From the NCBI GenBank assembly GCA_964549305.1, contig CAZJVM010000009.1, forward strand, positions 1 to 57,330: 57,330 bases of DNA, written 5' to 3'. Source of the DNA: an uncultured bacterium. Its GTDB lineage: Bacteria; Schekmanbacteria; GWA2-38-11; J061. Both the position numbers and the translations under genes were made by a program. Positions within the stretch are counted from its first letter, which is position 1; the number at the start of each line of letters is the position of its first letter. Below, in pieces: positions 1 through 9,586 of this stretch. Below the pieces are notes generated by a model, which was given only the letters and a program-made list of their open reading frames with translations, made no database searches and was not told the origin of the DNA.

Positions 1-1233
1 CAAAGCGAAGCGGGAAACGGCGAGTCTTACTGCGACGGTCTTACCTTCGCCCACGAAGTCGGGCATAATCTTGGATGCCATCACGACAGAAGCCACCTCG
101 AAAGCATCGATGACAAGGGCGCATTCGATTATTCCTACGGATACGACTCACAGGAAACGGGAATATCATCAACGATTTTCGCGACGATAATGAGCTATGA
201 TGCCGGAGAGATACCATACTTTTCCACTCCTCTTGTATTTACCGACGGCATCGCCATAGGCAGGTCGGAAGGTCTTGCCGATTCCGCCGATAACGCAAAA
301 ACGATAAATAATACCAAAGTGACTGCGGGAAATTTCAGGACGGGAGAAGACAAAAATATTTCTGTCAACCCGCCATCATATAATTTCGGAAACGTAAAGG
401 TATCCGAAGCTCCGGGTACAAGGGAATTTACTATAAGCAACAATGTTTTGACTGATGTTTTCATTAACAGCACTGTCATATCCGGTACCGACGCGTCTGA
501 TTTTTCAATCATAACGGATAACTGCGCCTCGACCACACTTTCTGTAGAATCTTCCTGCACCATTGACATATCATTTTCACCTTCAGATGAAGAAAGCAAA
601 AACGCTTTCCTGTCCCTTGTATATAACGGACTCACTGATTTACCCGTAACGGTATCCCTTTCAGGGACTGGAATTCTTTGCGGGACCTCGCCTCAAATAA
701 CTAAAGTGAGGAAGAAAAAATCCACATACGGCGACACTTTGGTTTTAGAAGGTTCAGATTTCTGCACTGAAGAAGGTAAAGTGTCATTTACCAAATCGGG
801 AAAAACAGTGGATTTGTTGTCATTTGAATCGTGGGAAGATAATACAATCTCCTTCAAAGTCCCCTGGGGAATCAAAACGGGAAAAAACAAGGTTAAAGCT
901 ACAACTAAAAACGGACTGGAATCTAATTCAAAAAAATACACATTCGTAAAACCCTCACCTAAAATAATCAAAGTCAAACCTAAAAAAGGAATACCGTTAT
1001 CGCAATTTACCATAAGCGGTTTAAATTTCGGAGAAACCGACGGCAAGGGAAAAGTGTTTTTGAAAAATAAAAGGGCATCCGTTATAACCTGGACTAACGA
1101 AGCATTAACCGTTGAAGTGCCTAAAATAAACCTCAGGAAAAAGAAAAAGAAAACTTACCGCCTGAAAGTAAAAACAGTTTACGGTCGCAGCAATTCTAAA
1201 AAATTCAAGGTTATTAAATCTTCCGGAAAATAA
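1..1233 (+). CDS. 5'-truncated metzincin (reprolysin/M12-like) zinc metalloprotease with an Ig-like choice-of-anchor-D-type domain and two Lys-rich IPT/TIG domains
   Basis: Frame 1 is open from base 1. Nt 52-84 translate to HEVGHNLGCHH (HExxHxxGxxH), and the Met-turn TIMSY lies at ~184-198, so the ORF-track Met at 190 is internal. Then YNFGNV...FTISN...F.I..DNC...L....SC.I.ISFSP and two P.I.KV...G..F IPT repeats. Confidence 0.85.
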   Translation, partial: QSEAGNGESYCDGLTFAHEVGHNLGCHHDRSHLESIDDKGAFDYSYGYDSQETGISSTIFATIMSYDAGEIPYFSTPLVFTDGIAIGRSEGLADSADNAKTINNTKVTAGNFRTGEDKNISVNPPSYNFGNVKVSEAPGTREFTISNNVLTDVFINSTVISGTDASDFSIITDNCASTTLSVESSCTIDISFSPSDEESKNAFLSLVYNGLTDLPVTVSLSGTGILCGTSPQITKVRKKKSTYGDTLVLEGSDFCTEEGKVSFTKSGKTVDLLSFESWEDNTISFKVPWGIKTGKNKVKATTKNGLESNSKKYTFVKPSPKIIKVKPKKGIPLSQFTISGLNFGETDGKGKVFLKNKRASVITWTNEALTVEVPKINLRKKKKKTYRLKVKTVYGRSNSKKFKVIKSSGK

Positions 1234-1452
1234 AGAAAAAAGCAAAGACAGAGGATTGCCCATTTTTCGAAATATTTTTTAAGTCAAAAATATTGTATTT
1301 TCAGTAAATTAAGCGTAACCGCTAAATCATTCCCGATTTTTTGAGTTTCACCGTAACAAAACACACTCTGATTTGCCTGCAATAAATAGACAAAAAAAAG
1401 TATTCAAAGTTAAATATTGTTATAAAAAATCAAATTTCCCCCTCAATTACTC

Positions 1453-1482
1453 TTGACACATTAATAGAGATGCATTTAATAT
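1453..1482 (+). promoter_or_regulatory. sigma70-like promoter for the 1490 ORF, possibly leaderless
   Basis: TTGACA at 1453-1458; TTTAAT at 1475-1480 or TAATAT at 1477-1482; ATG at 1490 has no Shine-Dalgarno. Confidence 0.5.
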
Positions 1483-1489
1483 AGTAGCC

Positions 1490-1756
1490 ATGAACAAAAA
1501 GTTAAAGCTAAGAGTTTTTTCCTGCATAGAAACGGTTATTGATGTGCACGATCATTATGAAAACGATGCATTTGGTGATGAGTTAATGAGTGAAATAAGA
1601 ACAGCGCAAGAAAAACTTTTAATGCTTCAGAACTTTTCCGTTGATGAAGAGCAGGTTGAAAGCATAGAAGATGCCACAAACAACCTCTTAAAAGTAATAT
1701 CCGTCTCAACTGCCAAAAAGAGTCCATCAAAAAACATAAACGGCAATTTCCACTGA
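1490..1756 (+). CDS. small hypothetical protein (88 aa, acidic, helical)
   Basis: ATG ORF filling the gap before secF, with a consensus promoter directly upstream. Confidence 0.65.
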   Translation: MNKKLKLRVFSCIETVIDVHDHYENDAFGDELMSEIRTAQEKLLMLQNFSVDEEQVESIEDATNNLLKVISVSTAKKSPSKNINGNFH

Positions 1757-1773
1757 ATCAAATTCCCGCACTA

Positions 1774-2829
1774 CTACTTCTTTTTCTTTGTAGAATACTG
1801 ATTTTTTCTGTTTTGAGTTACCTTATCCCACGTAATCAGAATCGGGCTTGCAATATAAATGGAAGAATAAGTACCTATCAGCACACCTACGAGAAGGGCA
1901 AAAGCGAAATCGTGTATAACTGCGCCTCCGTATATGTATAGTGCGAGTACCGCGAGAAGAGTAAGTCCCGATGTTATAATAGTCCTGCTCATTGTTTCGT
2001 TAATGGATTTATTTATTAATTCCGCCAAAGGCATATCTTTGCGCTTTCCGAGATTTTCCCTTATCCTGTCGAACACAACAATAGTGTCATTGATGGAATA
2101 ACCGATTATCGTCAAAATCGCCGCAAGCACGGGAAGCGTAAACTCCTTGTTTGTAAGAGAGAGAAAGCCCAGAGTAATCGCCGAATCGTGTATTAGTGCA
2201 ATTATTGCCGCAAGCGCCTGCCTCAGGTTAAATGCGATGCAGGCAATAATTGTCGCAATCAGGGATGTTATCGAAAGCGCCGTTATGGAAATCCAGGATG
2301 TTGTGGAAAGCATCCACGTTAAAAGGGCAATTATTATAATTGATACTGCTATACGGTTTTGGAATCGATAGGAAATATATAAAATCATACCTATTATGGA
2401 AAAAAGCAGGGCGTTTTCACCTTTAAGCTTCAGCGCTTCGCCTGCCGCAGGTCCGACCATCTCGACTCTCTGCATTATGAATGAATCTTTACCGAATTTC
2501 TTTGCCAGTGCTGACTGAATCCTATCGCCTACTTTCCCCGCTTCGCTCAACTCCGTTTTTATAAGTATATCTTCTATACCGAATTTCTGAATTCCGCTGG
2601 AACCGAGTCCTATTTCCTTAAGGGCATTTCTCACATTGTCAATCGTCATATCAGGTTTCGTAAATTTTATCTCAACGAGAGTGCCGCCCGCAAAGTCTAT
2701 ACCCGGATTAATTCCGTTATGAAACACGATCGAAAAAACAGTTATGGCTATCAGCAGGAGAGAAAACACGAAAGCGTATTTAGACTTTCCCACAAAATCT
2801 ATATTCATATCTGATTTAAATATCTGCAT
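1774..2829 (-). CDS. secF: protein translocase subunit SecF
   Basis: GIDFAGGT, VEMVGP, IALIHD, IIGYSINDTIVVFDRIREN, GTYSSIYIASP; downstream of secD. Confidence 0.97.
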   Translation of the reverse strand: MQIFKSDMNIDFVGKSKYAFVFSLLLIAITVFSIVFHNGINPGIDFAGGTLVEIKFTKPDMTIDNVRNALKEIGLGSSGIQKFGIEDILIKTELSEAGKVGDRIQSALAKKFGKDSFIMQRVEMVGPAAGEALKLKGENALLFSIIGMILYISYRFQNRIAVSIIIIALLTWMLSTTSWISITALSITSLIATIIACIAFNLRQALAAIIALIHDSAITLGFLSLTNKEFTLPVLAAILTIIGYSINDTIVVFDRIRENLGKRKDMPLAELINKSINETMSRTIITSGLTLLAVLALYIYGGAVIHDFAFALLVGVLIGTYSSIYIASPILITWDKVTQNRKNQYSTKKKK

Positions 2830-2855
2830 TTTTTTCTAATTCCTCTCTCTTCTCT

Positions 2856-4400
2856 TTATATGCTTAATTTTTCAACTTTCCTTCCGGAAATCCTCATATC
2901 AAAAATTATTCTTGATACAAATACCGCGGTAAACATGCTTATAAGAAGGCCTATGCTCAATGTAATGGCAAATCCTTTTATGGGTCCCGTACCGAACTGA
3001 AACATTACGAGTCCGGCAATAAGCGTTGTAAGGTTGGAGTCAAGAATAGTGGCAAAAGCCTTTGAATATCCCATATCCACAGCCGAACGCACTGTCCTGC
3101 CAAGCCTAATCTCTTCCCTTATTCTTTCATAAATGAGAACATTCGCGTCAACTGCCATACCAAGGGTAAGAACGATTCCGGCTATGCCGGGAAGCGTAAG
3201 GGTAAATTTAAAATAGGACATTGCCGCAATGAGAAATATGCCGTTTAGCAAAAGGGCAAAATTCGCCACAAGCCCCGACCACCTGTAATAAGCAACCATC
3301 GCGATAATAATAAGTATAAAGCCCGCAATCGAGGCGATAACTCCCGCCTTGATGGAATCGGCTCCAAGTGAAGGACCGACAGTTCTTTCTTCAAGATATT
3401 CAAGCACAGCGGGAAGCGCGCCCGCTCGAAGAATAACCACAAGGTCCTGCGCTTCCTCATATGAGAAATTTCCCGTAATCTCTCCCCTGTCAGTGATTTT
3501 TGACCTAATCACGGGAGATGACTGTACCTTTCCGTCAAGGACAATGGCAAGCTGTTTTCCGATATTGTTCTCAGTAACATTTCCGAATATTTCCGAACCT
3601 TCACTATTGAACTCAAAATTTACCGATGGAAGACCGTACTGGTCCTGACCCACTCTCGCATCCTTCAGATATTTTCCAGTAATCTCCGCTTCCTTTTTGA
3701 CGAGGACATACCCTCTTATGCCGCCCTCTCCTCCTGCTTCCACAGGGAGTATCTCAGTACCCGCCGGAAGATTCCCCTTATACGCTTCTTTAATCGCTTC
3801 GGGAGAAGCATCGGCTTCCTCTACAAGCTTAAAGTCAAGTACGCCGCCGGTTGATATAACCTTTTTAGCCCTTGCGGGGTCATCGAGTCCCGGAAGCTGA
3901 ATTATGATTCTGTCAGTGCCCTGCCTCTGGATAATCGGCTCTGAAACTCCGAATTTATCGACACGGTTTCTTAAAATTTCAACTGCCTGCTCAACTGTAA
4001 GATTTACATAGTTATTCAGCATCTTCTGGGACATTGACACTGCCACGGTATCGCTGTCGATGTTCACCATATCGGCTTCGGGATAATCGTCCCCGAGCAG
4101 GTCGAGACCTTTTGACTTCGCGTCCTGAGAGGAAAATTGAAGGTTGAACTGCATATTTTCATTAACATCGGATGCCTCGACAGTTATATTTTTTTCCTCA
4201 AGTGCTCTTTCCATATAATTTTTCATTCTTATGGTTTCATTCATAACCGCCTTTTTGGTATCAACGCCCATAAGAAGATGCACGCCACCCTGAAGATCAA
4301 GTCCGAGATTGATTTTCTCCTTAATGGGATATGATGCCCAAAGTGAAAAAACAACGAGAATGGCAACTAACCCTGTTTTCCATTTCAATGTATTGTCCAT
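2856..4400 (-). CDS. secD: protein translocase subunit SecD
   Basis: LGLDLQGG, RNRVDKFGVSEP, LRAGALP, VGPSLG, GMAVDANVLIYERIREE, GTGPIKGFA. Confidence 0.98.
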   Translation of the reverse strand: MDNTLKWKTGLVAILVVFSLWASYPIKEKINLGLDLQGGVHLLMGVDTKKAVMNETIRMKNYMERALEEKNITVEASDVNENMQFNLQFSSQDAKSKGLDLLGDDYPEADMVNIDSDTVAVSMSQKMLNNYVNLTVEQAVEILRNRVDKFGVSEPIIQRQGTDRIIIQLPGLDDPARAKKVISTGGVLDFKLVEEADASPEAIKEAYKGNLPAGTEILPVEAGGEGGIRGYVLVKKEAEITGKYLKDARVGQDQYGLPSVNFEFNSEGSEIFGNVTENNIGKQLAIVLDGKVQSSPVIRSKITDRGEITGNFSYEEAQDLVVILRAGALPAVLEYLEERTVGPSLGADSIKAGVIASIAGFILIIIAMVAYYRWSGLVANFALLLNGIFLIAAMSYFKFTLTLPGIAGIVLTLGMAVDANVLIYERIREEIRLGRTVRSAVDMGYSKAFATILDSNLTTLIAGLVMFQFGTGPIKGFAITLSIGLLISMFTAVFVSRIIFDMRISGRKVEKLSI

Positions 4401-4472
4401 ATGGTACTTACTCCATTAATTAAAATATGCAAAACGCCGCAACAATTCCGGCAATTCTAAATTAAAGTAAAA

Positions 4473-4802
4473 TTATTTTTCTTTTTCCTTTTGAATAACA
4501 CTTATAATAGCGCTTCTTAAAATATCAACTTTGACATTGTCGGCAATTTTTATCTGAAGGTTGGTTTCATCCTTATCCTGAATAACCGTGCCGTATATGC
4601 CACCTTTTGTTATAACCTTGTCGCCTCTTTGAATACTCTTCAGCATTTCCTTTTGTTTCTTCTGCTCTTTCTGCTGAGGCCTTAAAATGAGCAGGTAAAA
4701 AAGCCCGAATATTACAGCCATCATTACTATCAAACCTATTCCCGAGCCCTGCGGCTGACCGTTACCCGCGGGCTGAGCCATAGCGTAAGCTAAACCTAAC
4801 AT
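4473..4802 (-). CDS. yajC: preprotein translocase subunit YajC
   Basis: FYLLILRPQQK, GDKVITKGGIYG; lies between tgt and secD. Confidence 0.96.
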   Translation of the reverse strand: MLGLAYAMAQPAGNGQPQGSGIGLIVMMAVIFGLFYLLILRPQQKEQKKQKEMLKSIQRGDKVITKGGIYGTVIQDKDETNLQIKIADNVKVDILRSAIISVIQKEKEK

Positions 4803-4803
4803 T

Positions 4804-5919
4804 TCAATTCCACCTCCCTTTTATATCTGATGCAAACTTTTCGAATCTTTTCTCGTCAATGCTTTTTCTTATCTCTTTAATAAAATCAAAATAAAAATAT
4901 AGATTATGTATCGTATTTAATCTTAAAGCAAGTGTTTCTCTCGACATATAAAGATGTCTCAGGTAAGAGCGCGAATATCTTCTGCAGGTAAAACATCCGC
5001 AATTCTCGTCAATGGGCTTATTATCCACGGCAAAACGCGAATTCTTTATAATCATCTTTCCCTGCCATGTAAAGAGGGCTCCGTTTCTTGCCTGCCTCGT
5101 GGGAATTATACAGTCAAACATATCAACGCCTGCAGAAACAGCTTCAAGAATATCATCGGGAGTCCCTACTCCCATAAGGTAATGGGGTTTATTCCTGTCT
5201 ATCAGAGGAACAATTTCGTGGAGCACGGAAGCCATCTCCTCTTTCGGCTCACCTACACTCAAACCTCCTATTGCCATTCCCTCAAAATTCATTTCTTCAA
5301 GTTCACTGAGGCACTCCCTTCGCAAATCATTGTAAATTCCGCCCTGTATAATCCCGAAAACAGCCATATTTCCCGTCTTTACGGCATCACGTGACTGCCT
5401 TGCCCATCTCAGCGTCTTCTTCACCGATTCCCTGCAGTAGACGCGGTCTGCGGGATATGGAATACATTCATCGAAAACCATGGAAATATCGGAATCGAGT
5501 TTTTTTTGTATATCCATCACAAGCTCAGGTGTAAAGAAATAAAGTTGCCCGTCTATATGTGAGCGGAACTCCACTCCGTCATCGAGAATCTTGTTGAATT
5601 TCGAAAGACTGTAAACCTGAAAACCACCGCTGTCCGTTAAAATGGGCTTGTCCCAATTCATAAATTTATGCAGGCCTCCCATTTTGGAAACAAGTTCATG
5701 CCCGGGCCGTAGGGCAAGGTGATATGTATTGCAAAGCAGTACCTCCCCACCAAGGGATTCAAGCTCGTCCGAAGTCAATGTCTTGACTACGGCACGGGTC
5801 CCCACTGGCATGAAGACAGGTGTCCTGATTGTGCCGCGGGAAGTTTCAATCACTCCCCGTCTCGCAGAAGTGGACGGGTCTTCGCCCGTTACCTTAAAGC
5901 TAAATGATGAACATTGCAT
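4804..5919 (-). CDS. tgt: queuine tRNA-ribosyltransferase (tRNA-guanine transglycosylase)
   Basis: TPVFMPVGT, NTYHL, LTDSGGFQV, GGLSVGE, YLMGVG, DMFDC, Zn site CGCFTC...HNL. Start placed at ATG 5919 overlapping the queA end (5925 also possible). Confidence 0.97.
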   Translation of the reverse strand: MQCSSFSFKVTGEDPSTSARRGVIETSRGTIRTPVFMPVGTRAVVKTLTSDELESLGGEVLLCNTYHLALRPGHELVSKMGGLHKFMNWDKPILTDSGGFQVYSLSKFNKILDDGVEFRSHIDGQLYFFTPELVMDIQKKLDSDISMVFDECIPYPADRVYCRESVKKTLRWARQSRDAVKTGNMAVFGIIQGGIYNDLRRECLSELEEMNFEGMAIGGLSVGEPKEEMASVLHEIVPLIDRNKPHYLMGVGTPDDILEAVSAGVDMFDCIIPTRQARNGALFTWQGKMIIKNSRFAVDNKPIDENCGCFTCRRYSRSYLRHLYMSRETLALRLNTIHNLYFYFDFIKEIRKSIDEKRFEKFASDIKGRWN

Positions 5920-6940
5920 CGCCATAACTGTAGAATCTGTAATTGTTTTCCTTGGCGCGCTCATATGCCGCCAATATTTTTTCCCTTCCGCAAAAAGCGC
6001 TTACAAGGGCAAGCAGTGTAGATGCGGGAAGATGAAAATTTGTTACAAGCCCTTTAATCGCCTTGAATTGGTATCCGGGAATTATGAAGATATCGGCTTT
6101 CTTCCTGCCCGCCACGAATTTTCCGTTCAATGTCAATTCATTTTCAAGCGCCCTTGTGGCAGTGGTGCCCACGGTGATAATTCGCCTGCCTTCCTTAAGG
6201 GAATCATTCAGAAGGGTCGCCGTTTCATCACTTATAATGTATTCCTCCTCTTCCATCGTGTGGTCTTCGATGGAGTCTGTTTTAACGGGAATGAATGTAC
6301 CCCTTCCAACATGGAGAGTAACTCCCGCAACATCAACGCCCTTATCCCTGATGTTATTCAGCAGATTTCGCGTAAAGTGCAGACCTGCCGTTGGTGCGGC
6401 AATCGACCCTCTGTGGCGCGCGTAAACCGTCTGATATCTTTCCTTGTCGTCAACGTGTCCGTTGCATCCGTTTCTCTTGATATAGGGGGGAAGAGGCATG
6501 AAAGCGTATTCATCGAGATTTCTGAATATCTCATCGTTTCCCGAGGAAAATGAAATGGTGCAGTTAGCGTTCTTTTTGCAAATAACAGTGCCGCGTATTT
6601 TACCGCCGAAGAAAGGAAACTCCATCCCTTCCTTAAGTGACCTTCCCTTTTCTATTACCGCTTCCCACAGATTGTCGTCTATATTGCGGATAAGCAGGAA
6701 ACGGACAACTCCGCCCGTTTTTTCCTTTCTGCTTTCGATACGCGCGGGAAACACCTTTGAATCATTGACAACAAGAAGGTCGCCCTTTTTTAAAAAATCG
6801 ACTATATCCCTGAATTGCCTGTGAGAAACCTCTCCCGTTGACTTATCAAAAATCATCAGTTTGGATAAATCACGCTCTTCGGCGGGCTTTTGAGCTATGA
6901 ATCTTCGGGGAAGATTATAATTAAAAAGTTGTGTCTCCAT
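5900..6940 (-). CDS. queA: S-adenosylmethionine:tRNA ribosyltransferase-isomerase
   Basis: IAQKP, PLPPYIKR, YQTVYA, AAPTAGLHF, VGTT, TNFHLPAS, YRFYSYGDAM. Confidence 0.98.
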   Translation of the reverse strand: METQLFNYNLPRRFIAQKPAEERDLSKLMIFDKSTGEVSHRQFRDIVDFLKKGDLLVVNDSKVFPARIESRKEKTGGVVRFLLIRNIDDNLWEAVIEKGRSLKEGMEFPFFGGKIRGTVICKKNANCTISFSSGNDEIFRNLDEYAFMPLPPYIKRNGCNGHVDDKERYQTVYARHRGSIAAPTAGLHFTRNLLNNIRDKGVDVAGVTLHVGRGTFIPVKTDSIEDHTMEEEEYIISDETATLLNDSLKEGRRIITVGTTATRALENELTLNGKFVAGRKKADIFIIPGYQFKAIKGLVTNFHLPASTLLALVSAFCGREKILAAYERAKENNYRFYSYGDAMFII

Positions 6941-7215
6941 TAAATCGCGTCATCTGCTCCTCAATATTCCTTAAATGCTGAAAAATCTGATGATTCCTAT
7001 CATCAAGAGAGGCAAATTTCAACGACATTTTCCTCTGTCCCGTTTATGTGGATGCGCTTTACAGCGGAAAAAGATGTTTAGGGTCAATAATTCTAACCAA
7101 TATATTGAAAGGCATCCTTTTTTTACAGTCACATTTTTTCAGAAAAGTTTTCAATGTGCTCGCTTACGGTAAAGCGAAAAGACAACCGCCTGCAGGGATA
7201 TTCACTCATAAGGAG

Positions 7216-7659
7216 TCAAAGAAGATACGGCACCTTCAAGTTGAATGATTTATAAACAATATAAGTCTCAACGGACTGAATATTCTTCATCTTCGACATC
7301 TCTTCCCGGTAGAAGTCAAGAAGTCCGAAACCCTCCTTGAGCATAACCGTCATTAAAAGGTCGTATCTCCCCGTAACTATGGAAATCGAAATTACTCCCT
7401 TCAGTTTGCTGAATTTTTCCATATCCCTGACCATCGTAACATTATTCAGTTTGATACCTATTATTGCCACCTGATGATTGGGAAGGGCATCGGGATTGAC
7501 AAGTCCGGAAATATCCAAAACTCCGTCATCTATTAATTTACTCACTCTTGACCTTACTGTATTCTCCGAAACTTTCAAAGAATCCGCTATATCCCTGAAG
7601 GATTTCCTTCCGTCCCGCAAACTCCTTATTATGGAAATATTTATTTCATCAATTTTCAT
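7216..7659 (-). CDS. Lrp/AsnC family transcriptional regulator
   Basis: HTH DGRKSFRDIA..L.VSENTVRSRV and C-terminal VTGRYDLL; GGAGG 8 nt before ATG 7659. Confidence 0.9.
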   Translation of the reverse strand: MKIDEINISIIRSLRDGRKSFRDIADSLKVSENTVRSRVSKLIDDGVLDISGLVNPDALPNHQVAIIGIKLNNVTMVRDMEKFSKLKGVISISIVTGRYDLLMTVMLKEGFGLLDFYREEMSKMKNIQSVETYIVYKSFNLKVPYLL

Positions 7660-7773
7660 ATTCCCTGCCTCCGCGATTTTTAGCATTCAAATTTATCATA
7701 TATTTTTTTATTTGATTATTTCATCAGTTTTATTATATATTTTTAATGATATCTTCTATATATAAATTAATTG

Positions 7774-7801
7774 TTGACAATTTCATAATAATCAATAAGC
7801 T
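7774..7801 (+). promoter_or_regulatory. sigma70-like promoter of the radical SAM operon in an AT-rich divergent region
   Basis: TTGACA at 7774-7779, 16-nt spacer, TAAGCT at 7796-7801. Confidence 0.4.
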
Positions 7802-7860
7802 TGTTTTTGTAAAGATAATAAATGTATATTAACATAACCCTATAATAAAGGGGCAATAAA

Positions 7861-9030
7861 ATGGGAAAAAACCTCACATATTTTGAAGCAGTCGAAAAAT
7901 ATCCCGCAATGCCGCGATTTACAATCCTGAAGCTCGACCTTTACCGCAGAGGTACCACATACTCCGCGGAAGTGGTAAAGAAATTCGGCGAACATCCGGG
8001 ACCTGCCTTGCTCAATGACGGTACATCGGTGCTCACCTTTCCCGCGCAGGGAAAACCCGACCCCTATGTCATAGACTTTCACAACGGGACTTTGGGCATT
8101 TTTTACGACGGGCAATTTATCGAAGAAGTCGATTTTTGTCCCGTGCCGGATTTTTACGGTAAGAAAACTTCATCGGGCATGGAGATGGCGCGAGTGGGAA
8201 TGTACAGACCGCAAAGACTGGACCTCTGGGCATACCGCTTTTGCCATTACTGGAAAGGCGGCAATCAGTGCAAATTCTGCTCCATAAATTTACTATCGAA
8301 TACGCGCCTTAAAACGGGGCGCGGTTATGAGCTCGACACTTCCGATATTAGTGAAACCGTAGGAGAGGCATTGAAAGAACCGGGAAGGTTTTCAATGATA
8401 ACAATCACCGGAGGCGCCGACCCTGAAGGAGAAGAACCATTTGACTCTGAGCTTAACCGCTACATAAACGTCCTGCAGGCAATCGGCGACAATTTCGACA
8501 GCGCAAGATTCCCAGCTCAGCTTGTCTGCTGCGCGATGACAAAAAAACAGATTAAAAGGCTTTACAACGAAACGGGGATTCTGTCATATTGTCCCGACAT
8601 AGAAGTATGGGACAAGGAAAAGTTCCAGTGGATATGCCCGGGAAAAGAAAAGTTTCGGGGATATGACAACTGGGTAAAGAGTATGCTCGATGCCGTTGAA
8701 GTTTTCGGACCCGGAAATGTCTGCACCAATATTGTGGCAGGTTGTGAAATGGCTGAACCATACGGATTCAGGACAATAGACGAAGCTCTGAAGTCAAATC
8801 TTGAAGGGGCGGAGTTTCTTGCCAAAAACGGCGTTGCAATGCTCGGACTCGTTTGGTCGCCTTCAAGGGGGTCTGTATTTCAGAATCAGAAACAGCCGCC
8901 TCTTGAGTATTACCTGCGCCTTGCACAGGGACTGCACGACATAAAGAAAACGTACGGAGTGCGTGTGGATACAGATGATTACAAACACTGCGGAAACCAC
9001 GGTGACAGCGATTTAAGCAGAATAGATTAA
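7861..9030 (+). CDS. radical SAM protein with atypical Cx8Cx2C motif, function unknown
   Basis: CHYWKGGNQCKFC, ITGG, DIEVWD...ICPGK, IVAGCE, C-terminal DDYKHCGNH. Confidence 0.85.
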   Translation: MGKNLTYFEAVEKYPAMPRFTILKLDLYRRGTTYSAEVVKKFGEHPGPALLNDGTSVLTFPAQGKPDPYVIDFHNGTLGIFYDGQFIEEVDFCPVPDFYGKKTSSGMEMARVGMYRPQRLDLWAYRFCHYWKGGNQCKFCSINLLSNTRLKTGRGYELDTSDISETVGEALKEPGRFSMITITGGADPEGEEPFDSELNRYINVLQAIGDNFDSARFPAQLVCCAMTKKQIKRLYNETGILSYCPDIEVWDKEKFQWICPGKEKFRGYDNWVKSMLDAVEVFGPGNVCTNIVAGCEMAEPYGFRTIDEALKSNLEGAEFLAKNGVAMLGLVWSPSRGSVFQNQKQPPLEYYLRLAQGLHDIKKTYGVRVDTDDYKHCGNHGDSDLSRID

Positions 9031-9048
9031 ATAACAAGGAGAATTAAA

Positions 9049-9513
9049 ATGGCAGAATTACCGGAAGAGCTGAAAAAGCTTTTAAAAGATTCCGAATCCG
9101 TCAAGATACTTGCCACCGTCGATGAAAAGGGAAACCCTCACGCCGTATTGAAGGATTCTATGACAATGTTAGACAGCGGCGAAATCGCTTACGCGGAAGA
9201 CCTGGATTCTTCATTTTCAAACAAGAACATGGTGCGAAGCATCTGGTTTGACAAACATATTTCCATAAACATTACAAAAGGCGACGAAAGCTATCAGGTA
9301 AAAGGGAAACCGAAAAAATGCCTTATTACCGGTCCCCTCTTTAAGGAATTTCTTCTCAGGGAAAGAAAAAAAACAGGCGACAAATCCGATATTCAGTCCG
9401 TATGGATTGTATCCGTCGAAGAAGTGCGCAATCAATCAAGAAACAAGCGCAGAGAGGAAGAGTGGGAAAACAGACCCTATTTCAACATACATCTTGATAA
9501 ATTGAGAAAATAA
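9049..9513 (+). CDS. pyridoxamine 5'-phosphate oxidase-like (split-barrel flavin-binding) protein
   Basis: KILATVDEKGNPH, SNKNMVRSIWF, SYQVKG; AAGGAG RBS; 18 nt after the radical SAM gene. Confidence 0.75.
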   Translation: MAELPEELKKLLKDSESVKILATVDEKGNPHAVLKDSMTMLDSGEIAYAEDLDSSFSNKNMVRSIWFDKHISINITKGDESYQVKGKPKKCLITGPLFKEFLLRERKKTGDKSDIQSVWIVSVEEVRNQSRNKRREEEWENRPYFNIHLDKLRK

Positions 9514-9586
9514 AAGAAACCTCACAAAGAGAAAAATATCATTGTCTGACTTCACTGAAAAAATGAATGTAACCTAACGGGTTAGA

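Noticed and set aside
5729-6553. Long antisense ORFs (also 29012-29728, 35590-36165, 51501-52136 and others)
   Set aside because: Shadows of well-supported genes on the opposite strand, with no motifs or RBS.
7216-7659. Lrp-like gene as siroheme decarboxylase AhbA/B
   Set aside because: Single copy, typical AsnC regulator features, and no H.Y.R motif.
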